DNA of 64,000 bases from contig NC_058133.1 of assembly GCF_016433145.1 (NCBI RefSeq), positions 164,078,470 through 164,142,469 of the forward strand. The letters are read 5' to 3'. The notes beneath the pieces are model-generated. The model searched no databases, was not told where the DNA came from, and saw only the letters and a list, made by a program, of their open reading frames with translations. The stretch is from Gracilinanus agilis (taxonomy: Eukaryota). The position numbers were made by a program, and so were the translations under genes. Shown here one piece after another: positions 12,994 to 24,919 of this stretch (positions within the stretch are counted from its first letter, which is position 1; each line of letters begins with the position of its first letter).

Positions 12994-14330
12994 CAGACAT
13001 AGATATATAGTAAAGAGATTTGAATAATTGATCCACAACAAGCTCACAGCTAAGAGTATTTTGTGAATGTGGGAAATTTAAATATGAAATTCCAGGTTAA
13101 GATGGAAGAAACTATTATCAAATATATTCACATAAAACCAAAACTGCCTGAAGAAGGAGAATTTTCAGAAGCCAATTTATGATAGATAAATAATATCCTG
13201 GTCCTGGAAAGGTGGGCAGTACATGCCTGAGTTGGAAAAAGAGTTGGAGATGAATAAGCTGGGATAAACACAAGGCAAAAAATGAGGCACTTTCCTGAAG
13301 GACCAAATAGGTGGCTAAAATGGAAGGAAAGAGGGACAAAGGACAATGAAGCACATGAGTCAGTGGATGTTTCTGGAGGATCAGAATTAAGAAAAAGTGA
13401 GGATGGTTTTAGAGGTGCTATTTCCCTACACCTGCACAGATGCCAAATGAAACAATAAGTCTTCACTAGAAGCATCTCAGTATTGATTCTGAACACTCTG
13501 TTGGGCACCAGGACCATATCTCCAACTGACTTCGGACAAATCTTATATGGAAATGGTGCCAGCATCTCAAGTTCCATATGTGCCAAACTGAACATTTCTC
13601 TCCCCTAGAACCACTTCTTCCTACTTCAAACTTCATCATATCTGCCTATAGCATCATTAGTCCCCTATTCTTCCATGTTCAGTGTCTTGGAGTAATCTTT
13701 GACTCTTCTCACGTTGAACCTCTTTTATTTTGTTAGTTACCTAGCTTTAAAGATTGTTTTTTCAATTTACTTTCTGCTTTTCCATTCCATATCTATCTTC
13801 TCTATATTCCCTAACACTATCTAGGCTAGATAATAAAAAAAAGTCTTATAACATATCTTCCCATTTCTATTCTTTACCTCTTTAAAACCAGCATGCTGTT
13901 CATTACCAGAATTATCTATGATGAATAGAACTCATCATACCATTCCTCTTCCCAAAAATCTTTAGTGACTCCCTTTTGCTTAGCAAAGTTTAAACTCCTC
14001 TGCTTGGAATTTAAGTTCTTCCATAATCTAACCCTAGTCTACTTTTTCAGCATTGTATCATATCCCTCTCTTTTAGACACTATGCTCCAACTGCACTGGT
14101 CTATTCCATTCCCATCAAATATGCACTATAATCTTCTTCCTTTGTCCATATAATTTCTTTTGTTTGGATTGTCCTTCCACCCCCTCTTTGAAGGTTGAAT
14201 TATTATGCCTCTTTTTATTCCAAAACAAATGCCACTTCCTCCATTATGCTATTTCTGATACTTCCAGACAGTAAAGGTTCTCTCCCTTTCTTCCCACCTC
14301 AGATTCTATGTAGTGCTTTATTTTACAACT
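12170..14330. mobile_element. L2 fragments
   Basis: L2 ORF2/3' text at 12170-12545 and 13520-14330, with a purine-rich stretch at 13240-13500 that looks antisense. The minus ORF 13128-13595 overlaps these fragments. Confidence 0.65.
12933..12992. repeat. (TAGA)n microsatellite preceded by a short (TA)n
   Basis: Directly visible. Confidence 0.98.
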
Positions 14331-14346
14331 TTTTCATTCACATGTG

Positions 14347-14580
14347 TGGGGCAGCTAGATGGCACAGTGAATAAAGCAATAGGCCAGGAGTCAGGGAGAA
14401 TTGAATTCAAATCCAGTTTCTGATACTTACTAGCTATGAAATCCTGGGCAAGTCACTTTATCCTGTTTGCCTCTGTTTCCTCATCAGCCAAATGATTTGG
14501 AAAAGGAAATGATGAACTGCTCCAATATCTTTACTAAGAAAACTTCAAATGAGGTCACAGAATCAGATATGTCTGAACAA
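14347..14580 (+). mobile_element. MAR1-type CORE-SINE
   Basis: tRNA head, CORE block (gggcaagtcact...gcctc.gtttcctcatc) and tail ggaaaaggaaatg...ccaatatctttactaagaaaac. Confidence 0.8.
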
Positions 14581-15489
14581 TAATATTCACTTGTTTAACA
14601 TTTTATTCTATCTTATCTCTCTTTTAGATTATGACCTCCATGAAGATTAGAACTGTTTCTTCTCTAAATTTTATTTTGATAGCAAGTCACATAGTACTCT
14701 CCACCCTACAGGCATTTAAATAATGCTTGTTAGTGAATGAAATGAATGAATGAGTAACACCCCTCTTTTCTGCCAGTCTTCCTCCTCTCCTCATCTCTCC
14801 TTATCTCCAATTATCTCCATGTTATAAGCCTCTTTGTTGTCCTTTTTGTCCTTCTTTTCCCAAAATGATTATACAAGGGCTGACCAGAGCTCCATGGAGT
14901 CCTACCTGGGTCATCCATGAAATAAATGAAACACCAGTGAATACCTGTTCTCCTCATACCAATGCCCAAAAGGTTCTAACAGGAATTAAGAGCTCATATT
15001 CCTTGGTAAATCAATGTCATCTCCTCTTTTCCCACATAAACAACTTCAAATCTTTCTTTTTCTTCCCCTACTAAGCGTGAGTGTTGGGCTCAGTGCTAGC
15101 CTGATGTCCCATGTGCTAATCACTTCTGTTTCTGCACAAGAAGTTCTGAAGTTTGATTTTCCACTACCATCTCTATTTGCCATCTGCTCATAGAGCCCTT
15201 TCCTACTCCCATGCCTAGGGTAGTACCTTGCATGGGGTAGACTTGCATGATAAGTTTTTGTTGCATTAGATCAAATTTGAATGGAATATTCCTGAGTCCT
15301 GTGGCCTGGTTAAAGAGAAACCAGTTTCTTTTAGCTGATCCTTTATTTCCCTGTCCCTACCTCACTCCCTTAAACAGTTTCCCCACATGCCTTCTTCTAA
15401 ACTGCCTTCTTCAACAATGAGCATCTTCAACAATCTTTTTTTTGTCTCTATCAACTATAGTACTAATAATCTGATCTGTAACTGTGTTA

Positions 15490-15660
15490 TCACTGGCCCT
15501 AGGGAGTCATTACTACACTAGGTTTGATACAGGTCCTTCCTTTCTCCAATTAGTGAGTAGGCTCCAGTGGGGAAAAATATAGCCATCCTCAAAATTCACT
15601 GGCCAAATAAGTAAAACAGAAGAATTTACTCAAGAGTCTTAAAGGCTAATTAGAGAATCA
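15490..15660. promoter_or_regulatory. Candidate OR promoter or enhancer with a composite homeodomain and O/E site
   Basis: Minus strand TAATGA-C-TCCCTAGGGC (15496-15512), plus CAATTAG near 15546 and CTAATTAG near 15646, in sequence I do not recognise as repeat, 4.4 kb upstream of OR10R2. Confidence 0.45.
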
Positions 15661-16109
15661 GAGTCTGCTGGGTACCATAACTGAAACACATATATCTACA
15701 GCAACCACTACCCAATCCCCTGGCCTTTTTTCCTTTGAGTCCTTTCTCTTACTCTTTTAGGTCTAAATACTAAGCATCCAAGTTTAATCTGTGTCTCTTG
15801 ATACCACTCCTCCAGGCTGTGACTTTAGGTGGAAGAGTGAGGAAATATTTTTTATGTTACTAAGTGGTACATGAAGACTAATTAACTAAGAGAAGTAAAA
15901 GATAGCATTAACTTTTCCATTCATTTACTTGTTCAATCACTCATTCACAGACCTCAAAGTTCACCTAATTTAACCTGTACCTATACAAATATTCTTTATA
16001 TTATCCACAAAATAAGTATTCATCTAGTAGCCTCTATTTGAAGATTTTTGGTAAGGGGGACCTTCCCAAGGCAGGTCATTATAGATGTGAATGTACCTAC
16101 TTATTAAAA

Positions 16110-16910
16110 AAAATTAACTTGTTCTGGAGAACAGTTTGGAACTGTGCCCAAAGGGATATAACATAATGTATACCCTTTGATCCAGTAATACCACTACTAT
16201 GTCTATATCCCAAAGAGATTTTTTAAAAAGGGGGAGAAATGACCTGCTTATACAAAAACAGTTATAGCTGCACTTTTGTGGTGGCAAAGATTTGGAAATT
16301 GAAGGGATGTCCATCAACTGGGGAATGACTGAACACATTGTGGTATAGGATAGTGATGGAATAGTATTGTGCTATAAGAAACAATGAGCAGGATGGTCTC
16401 AAAAAGAGCTGGAAAGGCCTACATGAACTGATGCAGAGCAAAACATGCAAAACTAGGAGAATGTTTTACACAATAACAGCAATATTGTGGAATGATCAAC
16501 TCTGATAGACTTAGCTATTCTTAGCAATACAATGATCCAGGGCAATTCTGAGGGACTTATGATAAAGAAAGCTATCCACCTCCAGAAAAAGAACTGTTGG
16601 AGTTGGAATGGAAATCAACATATGCAATTTTTCACTTTAGTTTATTTGGGTTTTTGTCTTGGGGTCTGGGTTTTATATGATTATTCTCTAATAAAAATGA
16701 TCAATATGGAAATATATTTTACATAATACTACATATATAACCCAGATCAAATTGCCTGCCAGTTCCAGGAAGGGGGAGAAAAGGAAGAAAAGGGAGAGAG
16801 GGAGACAATTTGGATCATATAACCTGAGAAAACTTATGTGAAAATTCATATAATTGGCAAAATAAAATATCTTCATAATAATAACAAAAAGAGAAAAAGA
16901 TTTCTTGACA
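16110..16910 (+). mobile_element. L1 3' end fragment (end of ORF2 and 3'UTR)
   Basis: Similar to 47530-47990 (ctttgatccagtaatacca...gggatgtccatcaactgggaatg...gaactgatgcagag). Confidence 0.9.
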
Positions 16911-17765
16911 TCTATCATAAATCTGAACCTTTATAGCTTCAACCATTACTCTTTCTTTTACCCTTAAGGTCTGGGGAGAAAAACACTAACTTCATTCATA
17001 TGGCAGGTTATCAAGTAATCTCCCTCTCTGGGACAGCTTGTCTATTATTATCTGGCTTATTGGAAGAGGGAACAAAAAGAATTGTGAATTGTGCACCTTG
17101 TTAACTGTCAAAACAAATTAACTGCTGGATTTTAAAGGTGAATTTGTATAATCTGACATTTTGGGGGAGAATTGAATCTCTTTTGATAGTTCTGGAGACA
17201 ATGCTTCTAAACAGAGGTAAAGTTCTCATTAGTTTTTCTGCTGGCATATCACACTGTTGACACACAGTCACTTTGACATATACTAAAAACTCTCTCATTT
17301 ATTTCAAAAGAAGTGATCTATAGAAATTTTTCAGCATTTTTTCCACATTGATCACTTCTGGATTTTCTTCACCTACTTCTCCATTACACAATATTATCCC
17401 TCAATGCCAAGAGTGAGCTACCAAAGGAAAGATACACACAAAGTTCTGGGAATAGATTGTGGAGTCATGTAAAAGCAACATAGAATTCTCACTAGATCTT
17501 CATCAACCTTCAGCCTCCAAATTTTGAAGATCTTTTAACTCCAAGAACTAGGAAATTAGAGAGCTGATGCAGGAAAGAAGGAGGGGATGGATAGATTGAA
17601 GAAGGAGTGAGGGAAAGACTGAGGAGAAAAGAATGGAGATCCCCATGTAGTTCAAAACAAAACGAGTCATATGAAATTGTATCTGATGTCCTTTTTATTC
17701 AGGATTTTCTTCTTAATGTAATGTATGTATATATATTATCCAAAATAGCACCTTTCATCTCTTAC

Positions 17766-17897
17766 CTAGACATATGGACACATTCTCTTGGAAAGATAGC
17801 TCATTCCAACTTGCCCTCATGCTAGGTTGTAAATTCTCAGAGAAGAATCAACTATATGGCTACTCTAAAATCTCTCAGGGTTCTAGGGATAACCCTG
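17766..17897 (-). other. Candidate non-coding exon upstream of OR10R2
   Basis: Acceptor ttttctttcAG (tandem CAGCAG) ending at 17898 and donor TAG|GTAAGA at 17765 enclose 132 nt of non-repeat-looking sequence. Confidence 0.3.
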
Positions 17898-20470
17898 CTG
17901 AAAGAAAATATATTCCTCTTACTCACCACTCTAGCTCTTGAACTCCCCAAGATGTGTTCCTCTTTATATAAGCAGCCATTCATAACAATGACAATTTAGC
18001 ATCTTAAATATAGCCATTTACTAAGAATAAAGCAAAAAAAATAATATCAAAGGAATTCAGGTACCAAAGGAGTCAAATGAGTACTAAATATACCATAGTC
18101 TACACAAAAACTGGGTCACTCTCTTCTAACAATGGACTTGGTATCAGTGGGAGAGAGTGGGCCCACGTACAGAAACTCAGCAACAAAGCATATGAGTGAA
18201 AAAAATCCAAGTGCTCAGGGTAACCCACACCTTTGGAATCATAAACTTTGGGGTCTTTTTTTCTGAAAAACTATCTATGAAAGTTCTTTGATGAATGTAG
18301 TTTCTGCATTGAACAGATATTTTCATTACTGAGTTGATGTAAGCCATGTTGTACCAACACCTGATTAAACACATCTAAGCCTAACTAGTTGATCTCTGAA
18401 GTAACTTCTCAAGTCTCTGTTACCAAACTGTCCCTGTAATCAACTTGTCTTAATCATCAATAGCTGTGATGTATATCGCTTCCAACTTCCAACTTAGCTG
18501 GTGCAGTTCTGAAATCTGTCCTTTCACTTCATTCTCTTCTCTTTCAAGTTTCAGTTCCAGGATCCTCTTCACAAATGTTTCATCTTAGATCATGATTTGT
18601 AAGCAAAATCTCATATTCTATACATAATCTGATAAGTAACATTAATCCTCCCCAAAATATCAAACACTGTTGATATCCATAATTGCTCAGTTCTATATAA
18701 CTTATCTCCTTCACGGCTCAAAAACTATTTCAGAAGGGTAAAACTGAGAATAACTACTTCAGGAATTGTTTTTCATAGGAATCAGAGCAGACAAGTCCAC
18801 AATAAACCTTAAAGAGACAATATATTCTGTTTCCTTAGGTTCTAATAAAAAATCATTTAAAGAAAGCTTATGGATTTAAAACCACATCTAACTGTATAAG
18901 TAATACAAGTAATTGATAATGATAATGAGTTCTCCAGATTTCCTAAAAGTGACAAGATTATCCAATTCAGTAATGGCACTGCAAAGACTAAATTTATCCT
19001 AGAAGCAAAAAAGGGCTAAGTGACTATGTCCCAGTGTCAAGGGGCCAAAAGAATTATAAAAAACTCTGCAACAATGAAATGGTATTAACATTTAACATTT
19101 GTATTGGTTTTTTTTTCATTTTCCAGGTTGCCAGGGTGAGTCCTCACTATGTAAGACTATTGTAGGAGAGTGGAAATTGGACTTTTTTATACAGGGGAGG
19201 AGGCATTTATGTATGCCAAACAATGATTACACCCACATGAGGAAAAAGATATGGACTCTTCCACTAAGGAAGGACAAGAGATTTTGGTATTTTTTTCTTT
19301 TGTTTTTCAGAACTCTATTACCAGTTATTAATAGTACTTCTATGATGTTTTGGTCCATTTGACCACTAAGTTATAAGGCACCTTGATTATCTTTTCCCAA
19401 CAAGCTGTGGAAACAAAATCAAATTCAATGAAAAAATCATTGGGCTCTATGCCATCTGCTAATTAACTTAGTTTATTAATATTAATAAATCCATTCTTAT
19501 TTCACAGGTGATGCTAGTGACCCATTAGCATTAGGGATGTGTTTTGAGTTGTATTCCTGCAGTCAGGTAAATTCATGATTATGCATTCCCATCTTCTCAC
19601 CTTGTCCCCACTGAAACCAGGAGATGTTTATTTGTACGGTGCCAGGAGAGAGATAAAAATACAGTTTATGGCAATTGAACTGAGCTACTATAGGATCATA
19701 GATACTGGCCATCTTCTCAGCCCACTCTCTAGTGCTGAGCAAAAACCTCAGTGGAGTCGAGCAAACAATGAAAGAATAGGAGAATGGCAAAATTGCTTCC
19801 AGAACATAAAAACTTGAGGTTTATTATCCTTGTCAGGATTGTATTTCTGACATTAATGGTCAGAGACTTAATAGCTGACATTGAAACTATTTTTTAAGAC
19901 CAGATCTGTGAAGTTCACTATTATAAGTATTCTCAATAGAAAAACTCCATCTATCAATGTAGATCATCACTTGCTCCGAAACTGACAGTCTTAGAATGTA
20001 TCCTAGAGAACTGAAGCAATAAGTGACTTTTCCAAGGTCACATAGCTAGTATACATCAGAGTTGAGTTGTGAACTCAAGTCTTCTTGACCGTGAGACTAG
20101 TTTTCTATCAATTATGCCATGATGGATTCCTTTAATCATTTACCAAAAAAATCTTTTATGTAGATTATCATATTGGATCCTTCCAAAAGCCTTATGGAAT
20201 AATAGAGATGCTATCATCTGAATGTTCACAAATGCAGCATATGATCTTTTCACATAAAGACAGCTTTGGACATTTGAGATGAAAAATCAAAGCTTAAAGA
20301 GCATAAGAGTTTTCCCTCGTGGTCATACAATTTATCCAAGTAATAATACAAATTCAGTTTTCTCCTGATTTTAAATCACATTCCTTTTTTTTCCTGAAGT
20401 TAGTCAATTCCCACCACCACCACAATTAGAGACCCAGAGTCAAGGAAAGTCAAGTAGAAGAATAAGTTCT

Positions 20471-21412
20471 TTAATGTTTGGGACACAAGTTCTGACCCAC
20501 TGCTCGCCAAAGAGCTGCCTTGAACTCCTTATTTCTGAGACTATAAATCATGGGATTGAATAATGGGGTTAGAATGGTATAGGACACAGATATCAGAGCA
20601 TCTTGGCTCGAAGTATAGTTGGTCTTGGGCCTCAAATAGATGAAGGAAGCACAGCCATAGTGGACAGTGACAACTATGAGATGGGAAGCACAAGTAGAGA
20701 AGGCTTTGTACCTCCCCACCGTGGAAGGGATCTTTAGGATGGCAGAGATGATACGGATATATGAGGCCAGAATTAACAGCAAAGGGATGACTAAGACAAA
20801 TACACCCAGCATGAAGATGACCATCTGACTAAGGCGAGTATGGTGGGAAGCCAGCTTAAGGACAGGGGAGATGTCACAAAAGAAGTGATGAAGCTGGTTG
20901 GAAGAATGGAAGGGCAAGTGAAATACAAGGGATGTTGTAACCAAGGCAACTGTGAAACCACAGGCACAGGCTGCAGCTACAAGTCCCAGACATGTCCCAT
21001 AACCCATCAGCACTGTGTAACGAAGAGGATTGCAGATGGCCATGTAGCGGTCATAGCCCATGGCTGCCAGCAGGAAGGAATGAGAACAGCCAAGGAAGAG
21101 GAAGATGAGCATTTGGATAGCACAGCCCACAAAAGAGATGGTCTTCTCCTGGGCCAGCAAATCCACTAGCATCTTGGGCACTATGACAAAGGTGTAGCAT
21201 GTCTCAAATGAGGACAAAATGCCAAGGAAGAAGTACATGGGAGTATGAAGGGCTCGTTCCAGCAGGATGGTGGACAGGATCACAGCGTTAGTGCCCAGAG
21301 TGAACAGGTAGAGGAGAAGAAACACCACAAACAGCAGCCACTGGAATTCAGCCAGGGATGAGAAGCCAAGGAAGATAAATTCACTCACTGCTGTCTCATT
21401 GCTCCACTCCAT
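20471..21412 (-). CDS. OR10K1: Olfactory receptor family 10 subfamily K (OR10K1-like), intact, 313 aa
   Basis: Intact ORF with LHTPMYFFL, MGYDRYMAICNPLRY, KAFSTCASHL, PLFNPMIYSLRNKEFK. VTTSLVFHLPFHSSNQLHHFFCDISPVLKLAS is characteristic of OR10K. The K1 versus K2 assignment rests on recall. Confidence 0.8.
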   Translation of the reverse strand: MEWSNETAVSEFIFLGFSSLAEFQWLLFVVFLLLYLFTLGTNAVILSTILLERALHTPMYFFLGILSSFETCYTFVIVPKMLVDLLAQEKTISFVGCAIQMLIFLFLGCSHSFLLAAMGYDRYMAICNPLRYTVLMGYGTCLGLVAAACACGFTVALVTTSLVFHLPFHSSNQLHHFFCDISPVLKLASHHTRLSQMVIFMLGVFVLVIPLLLILASYIRIISAILKIPSTVGRYKAFSTCASHLIVVTVHYGCASFIYLRPKTNYTSSQDALISVSYTILTPLFNPMIYSLRNKEFKAALWRAVGQNLCPKH

Positions 21413-21700
21413 AGAGAAAGAGTGCTTAGAAGATTGGAAAAAAAGAGCCAGAAGTAGGGCAATAGCAAGGAATTCAGAAAGGGCATTGAGAAATGGAGCT
21501 AAGGGTGAAGGTGACAGAGGTTCTCAAGTGTTTGATACCAACTCCTGCATGCCTCCTTCAGAGAGTCTGAAGGGAAGTTTAATGATGATGTAAGGTAGAG
21601 TACAAGACCAAGTTATTGGCAATCATAAGGTTTCATCTGGAAATCTCCTCTCAAGACTGGAATTCACTGGTCAATTTGTACAGTGGGGCCATTCTCGATC

Positions 21701-22747
21701 CTGAAAGAAAAGAGGATTTTGGTTTAGTAAAGGAGATCCCAAAACCAAAGCCTCCACAACCAGGCTAATGATAATAAACAGGAAGACTGTCCCAAATTCA
21801 ATTGATTTATTCAGAAGTTGGCCATTTTTAGAAATGTTCTCAGAATCTCTAGGGGCTTTGGTATAGGTGACAAAGAAGGAAAGATCTGTATTCCTTGTAA
21901 AGACTAATTAAAGAAGAAAAATTGCTATGAAATCATTAATCAAAGAGATCCAGAGTGTAGGGGAAGGTCATCTGGACTGATAAACCAGAAATCCTAGCAA
22001 GGCTTTGGATACCACTTAATTTCTTTAGTCTTTACTTTCCTCCTCTTTAAAATTAAATCTTCAAACCACCTTATGGAGCAGGAAGTTCTTAGCCATTTAA
22101 GGTTTTCAAGTGGAGAATGGATAACCACCCTGAAAAACATGGGCAGTTGGACAATGGGATCTCAGGATACCTCTAACACTCTGTGACCTACAAGCCTTAG
22201 ATGGACCATAAACTAAGATACCTTAAGGTCCAGTACCTCTCATTCCCCAAATTCTCTTTCTGCATTTCCCATAATCTGTACTTAGATGGTGAGGAAAGAA
22301 GGAAGGAAGGAAGGAATGAAAGAAGGAAGGAAGGAATCAACTTAAATGTTGCAAATATATAGATGCAGCCACAGATGATAAAGAAGATTGTCTTCCCCTA
22401 TGTTTTGGGCTCTTAGACGGAAATTTCTTAAGCAAACCTCAATTGCTTCTTTATAAATTATAAAGTTTCTTTATTAAAATGTGATCATTATTGAAATGAA
22501 AAATTAGATAAGGTCTTTATTTACAAGGCAGAAGCAGAAGTAGGTCAAATATTTAGTTGGTTTTGGTTATCTAAAGAGGCAATAGCTAAATGAGAGGAGG
22601 AAATTCCACTCAGGTAGAAAGAGCAGATTTGGCCATAAACTGATATCCAGTGAGTAAGTTGGATCCCTGTATGAATCATTCTTTGCATAATACATTGTAA
22701 ACATAGTCCCCATCTCCACATACATGCCCACAAATCCATTTTCTTAC
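21701..22747 (-). other. Candidate 5'UTR intron of the OR10K1-like gene
   Basis: Minus-strand donor CAG|GTAAGA at 22748/22747 and acceptor cctcttttctttcAG| at 21701. A second possible acceptor (tttttttccaatcttctaAG) lies about 13 nt before the ATG. Confidence 0.45.
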
Positions 22748-23159
22748 CTGAGAGTTACTGACACCCAATTATTATTTGAAAAAGATAGTCCTCTTCTACT
22801 GTCCATGGGTAACATTCTGGCCACCATGATGAACTCAACACAAACCAAGGTTTTGTCTTCTTGTCCAGCTTTCCTACCATTTTTCTCCTTATTACTTTGA
22901 ACCAGGCAGTGATCTGTTCAGAAATGTATTTCTGAAAAACAAGATCCAGACCAAAAAGACGAACATAAAGAAATAAGAAAAAACCAAAGGGAACTTTCCT
23001 CTGCTCATGAAAAAAATGACACAGAGATCTAGAGTCTTTGACCCCAAATAACCTCAGTGTAACCTGTCTCTTCCCTCCACAAGACCATTCAGTCACTCCA
23101 GCCATGAACAAGTCTTGGCAATTAGAGTGACCAAGCATGAAATATGGTTCTTTATTTAT

Positions 23160-23310
23160 GGAAGAGTATTTATTAATCTCCTGACAATGAAGCTGCTGCT
23201 GTGAAGAGGTTTCACAGGGGGTAATTAAGTCATGTTTCACATGGAAAATAGTCACCAGTTATTCATAAATGGGCTTGGTCCTGAGGGCCTGGGGACGAGG
23301 GGCTTTGAAC
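23160..23310 (-). promoter_or_regulatory. Putative promoter of the OR10K1-like gene (homeodomain plus O/E-like sites)
   Basis: TTCACAGGGG-G-TAATTA at 23211-23227 and TCCTGAGGGC at 23279-23288, about 460-540 nt upstream of the candidate donor. The block is conserved in a paralogous copy at 43.7 kb. Confidence 0.55.
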
Positions 23311-23739
23311 ATCAGCAGCCAATGCATCAAATGAAAATAAAAAAATCTAAGAAAAGACCCAAGAGACTTGCTGCATAGGCACTAACTATGCAATGGGAAA
23401 AATCTTACCTTATCTCTATCACTAATGGCTTTAAACAAGCCACATAGCTCTCTAAGTTTAATTTTCCTCCCCTGTAAAGTATGGATAGTACTACCTAGCC
23501 TTTTAGTCTCACAGGATTGGTGTGTAAGGATTGAGGAATTATAGATTTATAGCTGAAAGAGACTTTAAAGTTCAGTAGATTAAATGACATTAAAAAAAAA
23601 CTCTTATCTTCCATCTTAGAATCAATAATGTGCATTGATTCCTAGATAGAAGAGGGGTAAGAGCAAAACAATGGAAATTAAGTTACTTATCCAGGGTCAT
23701 ATAGGTAGGAAAAATCTGAAGCAAAAAAAAAAAAATTAA

Positions 23740-23905
23740 TAACCCTTACCCTCTATCCTGAAAGCAATACTATGTATTGGTTCCAAGGTAGAAGAGGAAT
23801 AAGGGATAAGCAATGAGGGTTGAGTGACTTGCCCACACAGGCCAGATTTGAACCCAAGACCTCCCATGTCTAAGCCTGGCTTTCAATCTACTGAGCCACC
23901 CACTG
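23740..23905 (-). mobile_element. Marsupial SINE
   Basis: Reverse-oriented SINE family text. Confidence 0.75.
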
Positions 23906-24039
23906 CTTATTTATTTATTTAACACTTACTATGTGTCAAGCTCTGGAAATAAATTCAGGGAACACAAACATAAGCATAAAGAAACCCCCTGCTCTCAAAG
24001 AGCCCACATTCTAATAAAGAAGATAGAAGAAAGGAAGTG

Positions 24040-24222
24040 AGGGGGACAGTTATGTGGCTTAGTGGATAAAGCATCAGGTCTGGAGTTGGGAGACCCTGGA
24101 TTTAAATTTGACCTCAAACACTTCCTAGCCATATGACTCAAGTCTCTTTGCCAGCCCTTATTGTGTTGTCTTAGAGTTGTTACTAAGACAGAAAGTAAGG
24201 TTTTTGAGATAATTTTTAAAAG
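24040..24222 (+). mobile_element. Marsupial SINE
   Basis: gggggacagttatgtggcttagtggat head and family body. Confidence 0.75.
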
Positions 24223-24919
24223 ACCTGAAAAACAGGGAAGCAATATGGATGGATGTAGTCTGTAGTGTCAGGAGCTGTCTGGTTGGAGGTAAATATGACT
24301 GACATGGGTCTTCTTCAGTAAGAGGTTCAGAGGAGGAATTCACCAATTAGAGGAAACAGAAATTAAAGGACTGGATGTGTCTGGAGTGTGAGAAGGCAGA
24401 TGGGATAGCTGAAAAGAATGTGAGAGAGCCAACAATTAATCTCAGGAACGATTATCTAATCTGACACAATCCCCTCAATTTACATATGAAGAAACCAAAA
24501 CCCACAGAAGCCAGGACTTGTCCAAGTCCACCAAGGTAAAAGAAGACAGAGTTGGGATTTGGAAGAGGTCCTTACCTGCCAAATATAGTGTTCTTTCTTA
24601 TTGTCTCTATTGCCTCGCTATATCAAATGAAAACAAACTTTCATGCTGCAAAAAGTCTGTGAATTGTGAATCTCATCTATATAGGCACATCCTACACTGA
24701 GGAAGATAGCAGTCTCTCTATATTTTCTTATATTGTATAAGATCTTGTTCATGTTTCCCCATTAATTCTCCATAGAAAATCTACTCAGTGTCCTAGAGGT
24801 CTTCCTTTAGATCAGAAAATCCCATCACTGGCAATTCATACCTATGCCCTACAACTGCATGGACTCCTTCTAACTGCCCTAATAACAATACAAATCTTAG
24901 GGGTTACAAGTATTGTCTT

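Noticed and set aside
13128-13595. 155-aa minus-strand ORF
   Set aside because: Lies across L2 remnants, so it is a chance open frame.
22755-23255. 166-aa minus-strand ORF upstream of OR10K1-like
   Set aside because: No recognisable domain. It overlaps the putative promoter motifs and its paralogous block at 43.7 kb has indels that break the frame, so the conservation is non-coding.
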